Shown piece by piece: positions 1 through 11,233 of a stretch of 61,094 nucleotides of DNA; position 1 is the first letter of the stretch; the number at the start of each line of letters is the position of its first letter. Source of the stretch: an uncultured Candidatus Saccharibacteria bacterium (GTDB lineage: Bacteria; Patescibacteriota; Dojkabacteria; J137); the NCBI GenBank assembly GCA_964561155.1, contig CAZLOI010000002.1:155629-216722 (forward strand), written 5' to 3'. The notes under the pieces were generated by a model that saw nothing but the letters and a program-made list of their open reading frames with translations, had not been told where the DNA came from and searched no databases. The position numbers were made by a program, and so were the translations under genes.

Positions 1-202
1 TCATTTCTGTCATCTTTTACTAGAAATAGTAACTTCACTAATCAACTTCCTAACTAGGTTTGTTTTCTGGGGATTGAGAATGATCTGTGCTTTCTTTGCA
101 TTCGTTATGGAAATGATTCTAGATATTCTAATAGCTATAGACTTTACTGGAATACTCGCAGATCTATTCGATAAGAAGGATAAGGTGTGAGAGAAATCTT
201 GA

Positions 203-670
203 TTAGACTTCTGGTGTTATTGCAGCAACTTCTTTCCTTGAATTCCTAATCCCAATTATTGAAACAACTATAATTGCTACAAACGCTCCTAAAGACATCA
301 TTGGAATAGTTAAGAATCCAAATAGTTCCAACACAATATCGTTACATGATTGACCAAGACTACATGCTCCTAGAGAACTTGGTACTCCTGTCTGTTCAAT
401 ATATACATGATACGTAGCTACAAGACCTCCTAGGACTGAAAGAACTAGATATACTGGGTACAACTTCTTCTTGAATACAACTCCATATGCTGCAATGAAA
501 GCCATTGGGTACATGAAGTATCTTTGTACAATACACAAAGCACAAGGTGGTAGGTTTAGGTAGTACTGAAAGAACAAACTTCCAAACATAGAACCAAAAG
601 CTACAAAGAATATAAATGAGTCTGATAATATAAAAGACTTAAACATATTCATTGCTTTAGATATATTCAT
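203..670 (-). CDS. dsbB: Disulfide bond formation protein B (DsbB/BdbC family)
   Basis: Four hydrophobic segments, CxxC in PPCALCIVQR, second Cys pair in GACSLGQSC, FLTIPMMSL motif. Confidence 0.85.
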   Translation of the reverse strand: MNISKAMNMFKSFILSDSFIFFVAFGSMFGSLFFQYYLNLPPCALCIVQRYFMYPMAFIAAYGVVFKKKLYPVYLVLSVLGGLVATYHVYIEQTGVPSSLGACSLGQSCNDIVLELFGFLTIPMMSLGAFVAIIVVSIIGIRNSRKEVAAITPEV

Positions 671-671
671 A

Positions 672-2120
672 CTATTCTTCTAACTTTGGAAATAGGATAA
701 TAACTTCTCGTCTCTCAAGGGCATTCTTTGCTTTCTCTGTAGTTTCAGGAAGTATTGGAGTATATAAATCATTAACTACACTTAAAAGGTAGCTTAGGTT
801 ATTAAGCACCAATTCAACCTTAGCATTATCAGTTTCTAACCATGGCTTATGATCATCAATATACTTATTACCAAAAGTAGATAGCTCATTAATAACATCT
901 GCAGCTAGCTTAATTTCATAATGATTAAAGTTCTCTTCAACAGATGCCTTAAACTTGTCTACCTGAGATTTAAACTCAGATTCAACCTTGTCCCAGTTAT
1001 TAATTTCAACACCTTTCTTGTTAGACAAATGTATTACTCTGTTCAACAAGTTACCGTAATTGTTTCCTAAAGTTCCATTGTACAAAGCTTCTAGTCTTGC
1101 AATATTAAAGTCTCCATCGTTTCCAAACTGGAATTCAGTAAGGAGTGCGTATCTAATTGCATCAACTGGATACTTCTTCTTAAGCTCCAAAGGGTTAATA
1201 GCATTCCCGTTACTCTTTCCAAGCTTAACTCCATCAACTGTAAAGTGACCGTGAACTAATATCTGTGCAGGTAATGGAAGTCCTGCTGACTTTAGCATTG
1301 CAGGCCATAGTATTGCATGGAACTTAATAATATCCTTTCCAACTAAATGCCTTGCTTCACTCCAGAATGCATCATTGAAACCTTTTGCTTTGACTTCTGG
1401 AATTTCAAATACAGATCTGTAATTTGGAAGAGCGTCATACCACACATATATAGTTTGTGATTCATCAAAAGGAACTGGTATTCCCCATTTAACAGATTCT
1501 CTAGAAATCGAAATATCTTGTAAGCCTTCCTTCACAAGACCAACAATATAGTCATACCATTTCGATGGGAAAACAAATTCTTTGTTTTCCTCTAGATACT
1601 CAAGTAGCCAATCCTGATACTTCGATAGTCTAAAGAAATAGTTCTTCTCAGAAAGTTGTAGAAGAGTCTTCGTTGGATGATCTGGACACTTTCCGTTAAC
1701 TAATTCAGATTCAGTCTTAAATGATTCACAGCCTTCGCAGTATAGTCCTTCGTAACTTTTTTCGTAGATATCTCCATTGTCGTATGACTTCTGAAGAAGT
1801 TCCTGTGCGAATTTTGTGTGAACAGGATTTGTAGTTCGAATAAAGTAGTCATGTGTTGCTCCAAGCTCCTTCCAAGTATCGTCATATAGCTTTGAAAGCT
1901 CATCAACAAACTCTTGAGGTTCCTTTCCTGAAGCTGCAGCAGCCTTTGCAAGTTTGGATCCATGTTCATCTGTTCCTGTTAGAAAGAATACGTTCTCATT
2001 TCCAAGTTTGTTTCTGAAGTACCGAGCAAGCGTATCTGCTACGAAAACCGTGTAAGCAGTACCTATATGAGGTTCACTCGTAGGGTAGAAAATTGGTGTT
2101 GTTATATAAAACTTGTTCAT
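672..2120 (-). CDS. metG: Methionine--tRNA ligase (short form)
   Basis: YITTPIFYP, HIGT, GTDEHG, Zn knuckle CEGCE...CPDH, YVWYDAL, GKDIIKFH, KLGKS; start placed at ATG 2120 (MNKFYITT). Confidence 0.96.
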   Translation of the reverse strand: MNKFYITTPIFYPTSEPHIGTAYTVFVADTLARYFRNKLGNENVFFLTGTDEHGSKLAKAAAASGKEPQEFVDELSKLYDDTWKELGATHDYFIRTTNPVHTKFAQELLQKSYDNGDIYEKSYEGLYCEGCESFKTESELVNGKCPDHPTKTLLQLSEKNYFFRLSKYQDWLLEYLEENKEFVFPSKWYDYIVGLVKEGLQDISISRESVKWGIPVPFDESQTIYVWYDALPNYRSVFEIPEVKAKGFNDAFWSEARHLVGKDIIKFHAILWPAMLKSAGLPLPAQILVHGHFTVDGVKLGKSNGNAINPLELKKKYPVDAIRYALLTEFQFGNDGDFNIARLEALYNGTLGNNYGNLLNRVIHLSNKKGVEINNWDKVESEFKSQVDKFKASVEENFNHYEIKLAADVINELSTFGNKYIDDHKPWLETDNAKVELVLNNLSYLLSVVNDLYTPILPETTEKAKNALERREVIILFPKLEE

Positions 2121-2174
2121 GATTCTAATACTCCAAATAGTTAACAATATTTCAGCAATTATATCACTAATAGC

Positions 2175-2780
2175 CTAAGGTGAAACGCGATCGATTAATG
2201 AGCGCTCTAGCTCTGGAACTATGAATCTATATATTTCAACCAAATCTTCTAGTGCTTGAATATCATTTTTAGTTGCACAGTCTACTGGATATATACCAAT
2301 TAGATTTTTTTCAATAAACTCTACACCAGAAAGCTCAAGATTATACTTCCCTGGGTATAAGTACTTGTTCTTACTCAAATTCACTTCTAAGGTAAGGTAG
2401 TTATTCTCTCCATCATAGGTTGAGATAATCTTCGGACCATTTAATCCCTGGTAGTATTCAGTAACATCGGCTGTAAAGAAGCAGTAGTTCATATCTGATA
2501 CAACTTTGATATCAATTAATGACTTTCCTGATACGCTCTCAATGACAAACTCTTCATCACCAACTGTAACCTTGCTAATTGGTTTACCTACAAACTCTGC
2601 AGAATCGTAGAGTAGAAGAGTGGTATCGTTTGCTGTTACTTCTTCATTCTTCAGATTATATACAACCAAGGTGTGCATATTCTCTATTTGGAATATAGTT
2701 CTTGAGAAGCTATACATTACAAATATCGCAATGATAATAAGAATAGGGATCCACCAGAAGAGAACTGTTTTTTTATGCAT
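2175..2780 (-). CDS. Hypothetical protein with N-terminal membrane anchor
   Basis: 201-aa ORF co-oriented in the gene run, hydrophobic N-terminus. Confidence 0.7.
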   Translation of the reverse strand: MHKKTVLFWWIPILIIIAIFVMYSFSRTIFQIENMHTLVVYNLKNEEVTANDTTLLLYDSAEFVGKPISKVTVGDEEFVIESVSGKSLIDIKVVSDMNYCFFTADVTEYYQGLNGPKIISTYDGENNYLTLEVNLSKNKYLYPGKYNLELSGVEFIEKNLIGIYPVDCATKNDIQALEDLVEIYRFIVPELERSLIDRVSP

Positions 2781-2797
2781 AATTCAAATTTAAGAAG

Positions 2798-3106
2798 TTA
2801 TTCCTCCTTTGAAACGATTTTGCTTGTCTTAACAAAGCTTCCCTTTCTTCTTCCATCAGTAGCGTTTAGAAGAGACTGATCGGTAGTTAAGGATGGAACA
2901 ACAATATCTTCCTGCAATATCTTTCCGCTAAAGTCTTTAATGTGATGCTCTTCTGTAATTCCAGAAACATCTACATTTTGAATAGAGGAAACATATTCCA
3001 AGATACTATTGAACTCATTGGAATATTTCTCAAGCTCAGCTTCGCTAAGCGTTAGCTTCGCAAGCTTTGCTATATGTAGTATTTCTTCTTTTGATAGTTT
3101 AGACAT
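2798..3106 (-). CDS. gatC: Asp/Glu-tRNA amidotransferase subunit C
   Basis: EEILHIAKLAKL...ILEYVSSIQNVDVSG pattern and size typical of GatC. Confidence 0.9.
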   Translation of the reverse strand: MSKLSKEEILHIAKLAKLTLSEAELEKYSNEFNSILEYVSSIQNVDVSGITEEHHIKDFSGKILQEDIVVPSLTTDQSLLNATDGRRKGSFVKTSKIVSKEE

Positions 3107-3115
3107 ATAAAAAAC

Positions 3116-4483
3116 TTAAGTTAGAACTATTTCTTCCTGAAGAACAGGTCTATGTGTATTATTTAAACCAATCTCAGCAAGATCTTTTTGGAATGCCTCA
3201 GCTCTGTCTGGTTCTGCATGAATTAGGAATACCTTCTTTAGTTTCTCTGAAGTTAATCTCTTTAACCATGCAATATAGTCATTAGAATCTCCGTGAGCAG
3301 AGAAACCTTTGATTAGATATATCTTTGCTTTAACTTTAAGAACCTTTGAACCAATAGTCACTTCCTTTGCTCCTTCTGTTAATTCCCTACCAAGAGTACC
3401 TTCTGCCTGAAATCCAACAAAGATAACTGAGTGCTTTGGATTCTCTAGAGCATGAGTTAAATGACCCATAATTCTTCCTCCATCAGCCATTCCGCTACCT
3501 GCGATAATAACCTGACCTCCTCTTCTAGATATTTTCTGTGATTCCTTAAACTTCTTTATATAGTGTAACCCTGGGAAATCAAAAAGACTCTCTGCTGTAT
3601 TTTGTAGAGCAGAAGTATAAATTCTAGTTACCCTTTGTGCCAATGGACTATCCAACCATACATTCAAATCTTCTTTCAAAACGTTATTCTGCTTTGCAGT
3701 TTTAAAGTCATTCAAAAGCTCCTGTGTTCTTTGTACAGCGAAACATGGAATATATGCAGTTCCATTTCTATTTACAGTTTCATTTATTATATTGAAAAGT
3801 ATTTGAACAGCTTCGTCTCTGTCTGGATGAGTTTCCCCTCCGTAAAGAGATTCTGTTAATACATAGTCAGGAATAGCTTTAAAGTCTTGATCAAAAGTAT
3901 CAATAACATGACTCTCTCTTCTTCCAATGTCTCCTGAGAAGAATATAGTTTTCTCGACACCTTCATCCATAATCTTTACTTCGATACTTGCAGCTCCTAA
4001 GATATGACCTGCTATATGGAATGTAACCTTGATTCCTTCAACTGGTTCGAATTCTTCTTCAAAATCTACTGGCTTAAACATATCGATAGTCTTTTCAGCG
4101 TCTCTAGTGTTGTATACCATAGCCTTTGTCTTTGTATACTTTCCATAGTTTTCTCCTGCCTTAAAGTTTAATTCCTGAATCTTTGCAGAGTCTAATAGCA
4201 ATTCAGTACTTATCCTAATTGTATTGTTTGTAGCGTATATAGGACCCACGAACCCTTCGTTATGTAGTTTAGGTAGCATTCCAGAGTGGTCTATATGTGA
4301 GTGGGTAAGCATAGTAAAGTCTACCTGTTCGCAGTCGTAAGAGAGTTCCTCTAGATTTAAATGCTCAACATCTGGACCTTGGAACATTCCGCAGTCAACA
4401 ACAAAGTTTCCATTGTCAGTTGTTACTAGGTAGTTTGAACCTGTAACAGTACCCGCAGCACCACAAAATTTAATCTTAATCAT
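3116..4483 (-). CDS. MBL-fold beta-CASP RNA-processing hydrolase
   Basis: GAAGTVTGS, VDCGMFQG, HSHIDHSG, AGHILG, FSGDIG, ESLYG, SAHGD, IHAE. Confidence 0.9.
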   Translation of the reverse strand: MIKIKFCGAAGTVTGSNYLVTTDNGNFVVDCGMFQGPDVEHLNLEELSYDCEQVDFTMLTHSHIDHSGMLPKLHNEGFVGPIYATNNTIRISTELLLDSAKIQELNFKAGENYGKYTKTKAMVYNTRDAEKTIDMFKPVDFEEEFEPVEGIKVTFHIAGHILGAASIEVKIMDEGVEKTIFFSGDIGRRESHVIDTFDQDFKAIPDYVLTESLYGGETHPDRDEAVQILFNIINETVNRNGTAYIPCFAVQRTQELLNDFKTAKQNNVLKEDLNVWLDSPLAQRVTRIYTSALQNTAESLFDFPGLHYIKKFKESQKISRRGGQVIIAGSGMADGGRIMGHLTHALENPKHSVIFVGFQAEGTLGRELTEGAKEVTIGSKVLKVKAKIYLIKGFSAHGDSNDYIAWLKRLTSEKLKKVFLIHAEPDRAEAFQKDLAEIGLNNTHRPVLQEEIVLT

Positions 4484-4578
4484 ATTTTTCTTTTAATTTC
4501 TATTTCTAATTTGCTATACAGCATAAAGGTAATAATACCAGAAAAATGGTAAAATTTCTTTATACATCTGGTATTCCA

Positions 4579-4914
4579 ATGCTCAAGAGACAATTTAGAC
4601 TTAAAACAGAAAAGATTAAAATAGTAGCTTTCAAGGGAAAGAAGTTTTCTAACCGTCTTTTTGATCTTCGAGTAACGAAAGACGATACGCTTTCAAACCC
4701 AGTTATGACAGTCTCTATTTCTACAAAGATATCAAAGAGAGCAGTGGTACGAAATAGAATTAAGAGGTTATTCAGGGAAGCATTTAGTCAATTGATTAAA
4801 GAGAACAAGCTTGAGAATGCAATGTATCTAGTAATAGCAAGGGATGCAAAGGTTGAAGAAATGAAGAGTTACGATGTAAAGGATATGATTACTTCAACCT
4901 TAGGTTTAGTTTAG
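4579..4914 (+). CDS. rnpA: Ribonuclease P protein component
   Basis: RNR motif KRAVVRNRIKRLFREAF; start placed at ATG 4579 (MLKRQFRL). Confidence 0.9.
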   Translation: MLKRQFRLKTEKIKIVAFKGKKFSNRLFDLRVTKDDTLSNPVMTVSISTKISKRAVVRNRIKRLFREAFSQLIKENKLENAMYLVIARDAKVEEMKSYDVKDMITSTLGLV

Positions 4915-4936
4915 CCTTTGCTTCAGTTTCTGGAAG

Positions 4937-7492
4937 CTAATCCGCTATAGTCTGAGCTGCCTGCTTTATCCTATCTACTTCCTCAGCCAAGATTTCCATA
5001 TATAGAGCGTATCCAATAGATGCAATATGACCACTTTGTTGTTCACCTAGAATATTACCTGCACCTCTAATCTCTAAATCTCGACTAGCGATTCTAAAGC
5101 CAGCTCCCAAATCTTGGTTATCAATTAACGATTCTAGTCTAGATTCATATGTCTTCTTCTTGTTCTTCTTTTAAGACTCATCGTTTTCTAAATGATCTCC
5201 CCATCCTTCTTGTTCATTGGAATTCAGATCTCTACCTTTGTATATTAAGTAGCAGTATCCTTGTCTTGAAGATCTACCAACCCTCCCTCTTAGTTGATAC
5301 AACTGAGATAGTCCAAAGTTCTGTGCTTGGTTAATAACAATAGTATTAACGTTTGGAAGATCTAGACCATTTTCAATAATAGTTGTAGCTATTAAACAAT
5401 CATATTTGTGATGATAGAACTCTGTCATAATTCTATCCAGTTCATTTGGTGCCATCTGACCATGAGCAAAGCAGAACTTAACTCCAGGCAAGATATCGGA
5501 AAACTTCTTGTAGATTGATTGAATAGTTCTAACTTCGTTATGAATAATAAAGACCTGACCACCTCTTTCAATCTCTTTCATTACAACTTCCCTAACCTTG
5601 TTGATAGCATGATCCTTAACTAGTTCTGTTTTAACTGACTTTCGTTCAACTGGAGGTGTAGATATAATAGATATATCTTGAATAGAAGAGAGCGCCATTC
5701 CCAAAGTTCTTGGTATTGGTGTGGCACTAACTGAAAGTACATGAACTCCATAGTTTAACTGCTTTATCTTTTCTTTCTGTTTAACTCCAAACTTCTGTTC
5801 TTCGTCAACAACAACCAGCTGAAGATTCTTAAACTTAACATCGGAACTTAATATCCTATGCGTCCCTATTACAATATCTATCTTTCCTTCATTAAGTTGA
5901 TCAATAACTTTGTTGTTCTGCTGTGTTGAGTTGTATCTAGAAAGAAATCCAAAGCGTATAGGGAAGTTCTTAAATCTTTCGGTGAATACTTCCATATGCT
6001 GTGCTGTAAGTACTGTTGTAGGAGCAAGAACAGCTACCTGACCTCCATCTTCTACAATCTTAAAACAAGCTCTCATCATAACCTCTGTCTTCCCAAAACC
6101 CACATCTCCTACAAGCAATCTATTCATAGGAACATCCTTCTCTAGATCAGCTACTATTTCATTTGTTGAACGTAGTTGATCTTCTGTTTCTACAAATTTA
6201 AAGTCTTCTACGAATTCTCTATATAGATCTGAGTCTGTATTCGCAATTGGCTTTGCCTTAGATAGTTCTCGCTTTGCGAAGTGTTCAACGAGCTCCCTGG
6301 CAAGCAAGCCAGTGGACTTTTTAATCTTTGCCTTAACTTCCTGCCAGTTTCTCTTTCCCATTCTGCTAAGTCTTGGAGCCATTCCTTCTTGTCCAATATA
6401 CTTTGTTATCTTCTCAATCTGACTGATTGGAACAAGTAGCTCATCACCTCCATCGTATTGAAGAAATAGATATTCCATTTCAAGCTCTCCAACCTTTTCT
6501 TGCTTTAATCCGTTATACAAAGCAATACCATAGTCTTCATGAACGACATAGTCTCCAATTTCTATATTGCCTTCAAACTGTCTAAGTAGTTTTTGAATAT
6601 TTCCATTAAACTTCTTTGTTCGTTCAGGTCTAGTTAGGAATATCGTTCCAAAGATTTCTCTGTCTGTGAAGTATGCAAACTTAAACCATTTAGATTCGAA
6701 GCCAGCAGCTGGTAGTTTTTCTGATATATTTTCAAAGAATGTTTTAATCCAGTAGTTATTCGCATCTGGAATATCGAAATTTTTTACTACAGATTCTTTT
6801 TTAACTGAAGCTTCTTTTTCATCTGAGTAGCTCTCAGAATTTATTACAACTTGATATCCATTCTTCCTATACTTTTCAACTTCCCTATCAAACATTTCGT
6901 TATTGGAGTAGAAGAGTTGAGGTAGTACAAAATCTGTATTTATATATTCAACGTTACTAACTCCAGTAACAGTTGAGACTGTATATATTACTTTCTTTAG
7001 TATGTGTGAAGAATTAACAGCTCCTTTATTCGAAGTATCTTTAGAATCCTTTGTAACATTTCCTTCCTGTATTGTTATTCCTTCTACGTCACTTCTGTCT
7101 GCAAGTGGTGCATATCCTAGAACTACTGAAGATATATCCATAACTTTCTTCTTGAAGAGATAGTCAATTGTATATGCTTTCTCGACACTTTCTCCGAAGA
7201 ACTCTATTCTAGTTGGATTCTTGTATCCAACAGGCCAGAAGGTTAATACATCTCCTTTTAGAGCATATTCCATTCTTTCTGTTACTTCTTCAACACGTTT
7301 AAAGGAGTATAGTGCTATGTATTCTTGGATCTTGCTGAAGGTTATTTCATCCAAACTTAGATTCCTTGCAGACTCGATATAGTTATAAACTTCTTGAGAG
7401 AAGTATGAACTTGATATTATTAGATCTGAAGAACTTCCGAAAAATTCGGATAGGTGGGGTAATGTTTTTATAATCGTGACTTTAGAATTCAT
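4937..7492 (-). pseudogene. mfd: Transcription-repair coupling factor interrupted by an in-frame TAA at 5171-5173 (pseudogene or base-call error)
   Basis: CarD/RID-like GDYVVHEDYGIA, GDVGFGKTEV, DEEQKFG, SATPIPRT, QLRGRVGR in 5171-7492. The same frame continues past the stop with the TRG motif [30 protein letters not shown] to a TAG at 4937-4939. Confidence 0.9.
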
Positions 7493-7571
7493 GATTGAAG
7501 CCTAATTATATCACCAAAGGCTATATCATGAAACTATAGGACATTAATTCATGTATCAGTTAGGTATAGAA

Positions 7572-7606
7572 AATCCCGATACTAATCAAATGACTTTCTC
7601 GGGATT
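7572..7606 (-). terminator. Probable intrinsic terminator downstream of typA
   Basis: Inverted repeat AATCCCGA/TCGGGATT followed by a T-run on the minus strand. Confidence 0.5.
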
Positions 7607-7619
7607 ACAAATTTAAGTT

Positions 7620-9521
7620 TTAGCTGGCACCCATCTGCTTCTTAGCAAAATCAGTTAAGCTACCTCTTTTGCTCCAGTTTCTTTCATTCTTAGTTAAGTA
7701 TGTCTTTCTAAGTCTTAAGTTCTGTGGAGTAACTTCAAGAATTTCATCTTTACCAATAAACACCAAAGCGAATTCTAGAGTTAGAGTCTTAATAGATTTA
7801 AGAGTTGTTTGTGTAATTTCATCGTGCTTCATTCTAACTGCTGACTTCTGTCTTTCTTTAACTGGATTAACATCTAGGTCATCATCATACTTGTTAATTC
7901 CTAGAATCATACCTTCGTATACAGCAGATCCTGGTTCAACAATTAGTTCTCCTCTTTCCTGAATAGTATTCAACGAATATCCCATAGCTACACCTGCATC
8001 TGTAGAGATTAGAACACCTTTTCTATACATCTCTGGCTGCTCTGTATATGGAACATATCCTGTCATAAAACTGTTCATAACAAGGTTTCCTTTTGTAAGG
8101 TTGATTAGAACGTTTCGTAGACCTAACAAGTTTCTTGTTAGAATCTTGTATGTAAATCTAGATTGTCCATTCTCAATTTCCATATTAAGCATTTCTCCTC
8201 TTCGTTCAGACAATGTTGAAGTAACAGCACCGTTATAGCTTTCAGGAACGTCTATTGTTAACTCCTCCATAGGCTCCATTTTCTTTCCTTCCTCTTCAAT
8301 CATTAATACTTCTGGTCTTCGAATTTGGAACTCGAATCCTTCTCTTCTTAAAGTTTCAATTAGGATTGTTAACTGAAGTTCTCCTCTTCCAGCAACATAG
8401 TATGCTCCTCCGTCTCCTTTTGTAATCTTTAGAGAAATATTTGTTTCAGCTTCTTTGTCTAGTCTCTGTTGTAACTGTTTTGCAGTAACAAACTTTCCTT
8501 CCTTTCCAACAAGTGGAGAAGTATTTGCTTCGAATTTAATCTGAACAGTAGGTTCTGAGATTTTAATCTTTGGTAGAGCCTCTGGTTTAGAAGAGATACA
8601 TAAAGTACCACCGATTGCAGTTGAATCAATTCCAACAACAATAGCGATATCTCCAGCTACAATTTCATTAACAGGAACAAGAGTTAAACCTTCTCTAGTG
8701 TATAGGTTCTTAACTCGACCCGATTCTGTCTTGTCTCCATTTAATACAACAACTGAGTCTCCAACCTTTACTGTTCCTCTCTTAACTTTTCCAACAAGCA
8801 TTCTTCCTTGATATGTATCATATTCCAAAGATGAAATTAACATCTGGAATGGTTCTGTTCTGTCTCCTGTTGGGTGTGGAATATATTCAACAATTGAATC
8901 AAGAAGTGGTTGAATAGTTGCTTCTGGAGCTACAAATTGATCTGTCATACCTCTATCAAGCTCATCCTGAACTTCCTGAGGCATTTCTGCCCAAACCTTT
9001 CCTTCTCTTGCGATAGCGTAGAATACAGGAAATTCTAATTGATAGTCCTCTGTAGCTAGATTTAAGAATAAATCAGTTACTAGGTTAACAACCTTCTTTG
9101 GATTAGCGAATTTCTTATCAATCTTATTTATAACAACGATTGGTTTTAATCCTAATTCAAAAGCTTTCTTTAAAACAAATTTTGTCTGAGGCATTGGTCC
9201 TTCCTGAGCATCTACTAGTAGCAAACAACCGTCTGCCATATTCAATGTTCTTTCTACTTCTCCTCCAAAGTCTGCGTGTCCTGGTGTATCAACAATATTA
9301 ATCTTGTATTCACCGTATGTGATAGATATATTCTTAGCTTTAATTGTAATTCCCTTCTCTCGTTCCAAGTCTCCTGAGTCTAGAATCATTTGCTGACTCA
9401 TTTCATCTTGATTATCTCTGAAAATGTGGCTCTGCTTTAAAAACCCATCAACAAGAGTCGTTTTACCGTGGTCAACGTGTGCAATTATCGCTATATTTCG
9501 AATTTTCTTCTGATCTATCAT
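7620..9521 (-). CDS. typA: Translational GTPase TypA/BipA
   Basis: AHVDHGKTTLVD, RGITI-like KGITI, DTPGHADFGGEVER, NKID, GRGELQL, C-terminal EILEVTPQNLRLRK. Confidence 0.96.
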   Translation of the reverse strand: MIDQKKIRNIAIIAHVDHGKTTLVDGFLKQSHIFRDNQDEMSQQMILDSGDLEREKGITIKAKNISITYGEYKINIVDTPGHADFGGEVERTLNMADGCLLLVDAQEGPMPQTKFVLKKAFELGLKPIVVINKIDKKFANPKKVVNLVTDLFLNLATEDYQLEFPVFYAIAREGKVWAEMPQEVQDELDRGMTDQFVAPEATIQPLLDSIVEYIPHPTGDRTEPFQMLISSLEYDTYQGRMLVGKVKRGTVKVGDSVVVLNGDKTESGRVKNLYTREGLTLVPVNEIVAGDIAIVVGIDSTAIGGTLCISSKPEALPKIKISEPTVQIKFEANTSPLVGKEGKFVTAKQLQQRLDKEAETNISLKITKGDGGAYYVAGRGELQLTILIETLRREGFEFQIRRPEVLMIEEEGKKMEPMEELTIDVPESYNGAVTSTLSERRGEMLNMEIENGQSRFTYKILTRNLLGLRNVLINLTKGNLVMNSFMTGYVPYTEQPEMYRKGVLISTDAGVAMGYSLNTIQERGELIVEPGSAVYEGMILGINKYDDDLDVNPVKERQKSAVRMKHDEITQTTLKSIKTLTLEFALVFIGKDEILEVTPQNLRLRKTYLTKNERNWSKRGSLTDFAKKQMGAS

Positions 9522-9666
9522 GTGTGAATTTAAACTTGGAATTATACCAATAAAAGGCTCTTTTGGCCATCTTATAGTATCTGAAACGCCAAACCAGAGT
9601 TAAATTGATATAAATGTTGCCAAGTATAGATATCTGGGGATATAATCGGGCATTTAATAAAAAACA

Positions 9667-10698
9667 ATGGATAATGCTTTCGTACAATCAAGTGAACTCC
9701 CATCTAAATCTCCTGAGCAGATTCTTACAGAACTTAGTTCAAGAATAGGCAATGCAATGGAATCATATACAAAACTAATGGGCCTCGAATCCTTCCCAGA
9801 AGCATTAAGATCAAACCTTAGAGCAAGAGTTGCTCAGATGAGTCCTGCATCAACAGCAGCACTTGAGGAAACTATTCTAGCTACAGACGATGCACTAGTT
9901 ACAGCAGCTAATGAGATAGTAGAAAAAATACAAGACATCCTATCTAAAGAACTTGAAGAATCAAAGGGTAGAGTATCTATTGGTACAGAGGAAGAAATAT
10001 TAAGAAAAATCAGAACACACCTGACAAGAGCTAACGTATTGGAATTCCCTAGATGGAGAGTTAGTAACTGCATATCTTTGGAGCTAATTCAGATGTTAAT
10101 CCAGGGTTCAGATACTGGTGTTGATACCAAACCAAAGAATGTATCAGAATCTCATCCTGATACTATTTCAGATACCGAGCAAAAAAAAAGTCTAGAGGAG
10201 AGCAATAACGATCTTCTGATTAGTAGAGTGGATATAGAAAACGCTTTGAATAATATGTATAGTGTTGCTCTATCACTTGCAGAGAGAGGTAATAGGTTAG
10301 CTAACTACGCAACCATCTTCAGACACAAGCTATTGTCTGCAGAAGAATCTGCTCCACAATATCTAAAGAGAAGTTATGCAAAGGCTCTAGAATGCGACGA
10401 AGAGGATCTATTGTCTACATTGAACTCAATTACCGTTAGTGCAAGAGCGTTTCTAGATACAATGTACTCTACAGAGAGTGTTACACTGGAAGCATTTCTT
10501 CAAGAGTTTATTTCATTTCTTGGAGGAAAAATAAATAATACCAATACGGCTATTCTAAGAGAATATTTAAAAGTTCTTGCTTCAGATGGTAGACTATTTA
10601 TGTTCAATCAATTGCCTGAAGAAGAATATGAAAAATATGAAGGTAGGCTAGTAACAGTAGACGAGGTCCTTTTTAAAGAATTACAGATTGAAATTTAA
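9667..10698 (+). CDS. Hypothetical protein (helical, acidic)
   Basis: 343-aa ORF with no recognisable motif. Confidence 0.65.
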   Translation: MDNAFVQSSELPSKSPEQILTELSSRIGNAMESYTKLMGLESFPEALRSNLRARVAQMSPASTAALEETILATDDALVTAANEIVEKIQDILSKELEESKGRVSIGTEEEILRKIRTHLTRANVLEFPRWRVSNCISLELIQMLIQGSDTGVDTKPKNVSESHPDTISDTEQKKSLEESNNDLLISRVDIENALNNMYSVALSLAERGNRLANYATIFRHKLLSAEESAPQYLKRSYAKALECDEEDLLSTLNSITVSARAFLDTMYSTESVTLEAFLQEFISFLGGKINNTNTAILREYLKVLASDGRLFMFNQLPEEEYEKYEGRLVTVDEVLFKELQIEI

Positions 10699-11189
10699 TG
10701 GAAGTAGTCAAATCAGGGATTGAATATAGAAGTATTTTGCTTGAGAAACTTAATGAACTCGAGTGCAAAACAACAGCTGCATCTATCAGACAGCAAAATC
10801 CAATAACGCAAGATCAGCTTAGGCAAGGACTGATCAACTTAGATGCTATTCGTTATGAATTACAAAACGAAGCCTGTGCTGAAAAGATCGATAAAGATTT
10901 TGATCTAATCTTTAAGGTAATATCACTTGTAAAGAAAGGTCTTCACAAATCTAAACCATTCACTTACGAAAGTTTTATAGCTTCCGCATCGAAGTATGTT
11001 AATGGTATACGAAATTCTCTTGTATTTAATTTTCTAAGATTCTTCATCGATTTCTGCTTAGAGATATGTGATCTCGATAACGATATAGAAGATGAAGCAA
11101 GACGTGCATTCGAAGACATACTCGTATATTTAAATGTAGAGTCTGTTACTGGAATGAGGTTGCCTGATGGATATCAACCAGAATGCTAA
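10698..11189 (+). CDS. Hypothetical protein
   Basis: 163-aa ORF overlapping the previous stop (TAATG). Confidence 0.6.
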   Translation: MEVVKSGIEYRSILLEKLNELECKTTAASIRQQNPITQDQLRQGLINLDAIRYELQNEACAEKIDKDFDLIFKVISLVKKGLHKSKPFTYESFIASASKYVNGIRNSLVFNFLRFFIDFCLEICDLDNDIEDEARRAFEDILVYLNVESVTGMRLPDGYQPEC

Positions 11190-11221
11190 AAATTAATCTT
11201 CAGATTTCAAAGTATCTAGTA

Positions 11222-11227
11222 TATAAT
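11222..11227 (+). promoter_or_regulatory. -10 box (TATAAT) for a leaderless transcript starting at the uORF ATG
   Basis: TATAAT + 6 nt + ATG at 11234. Confidence 0.65.
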
Positions 11228-11233
11228 CCATTA

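Noticed and set aside
1-202. Open minus-strand frame of about 63 codons at the window start
   Set aside because: No start codon outside dsbB and no recognisable motif.
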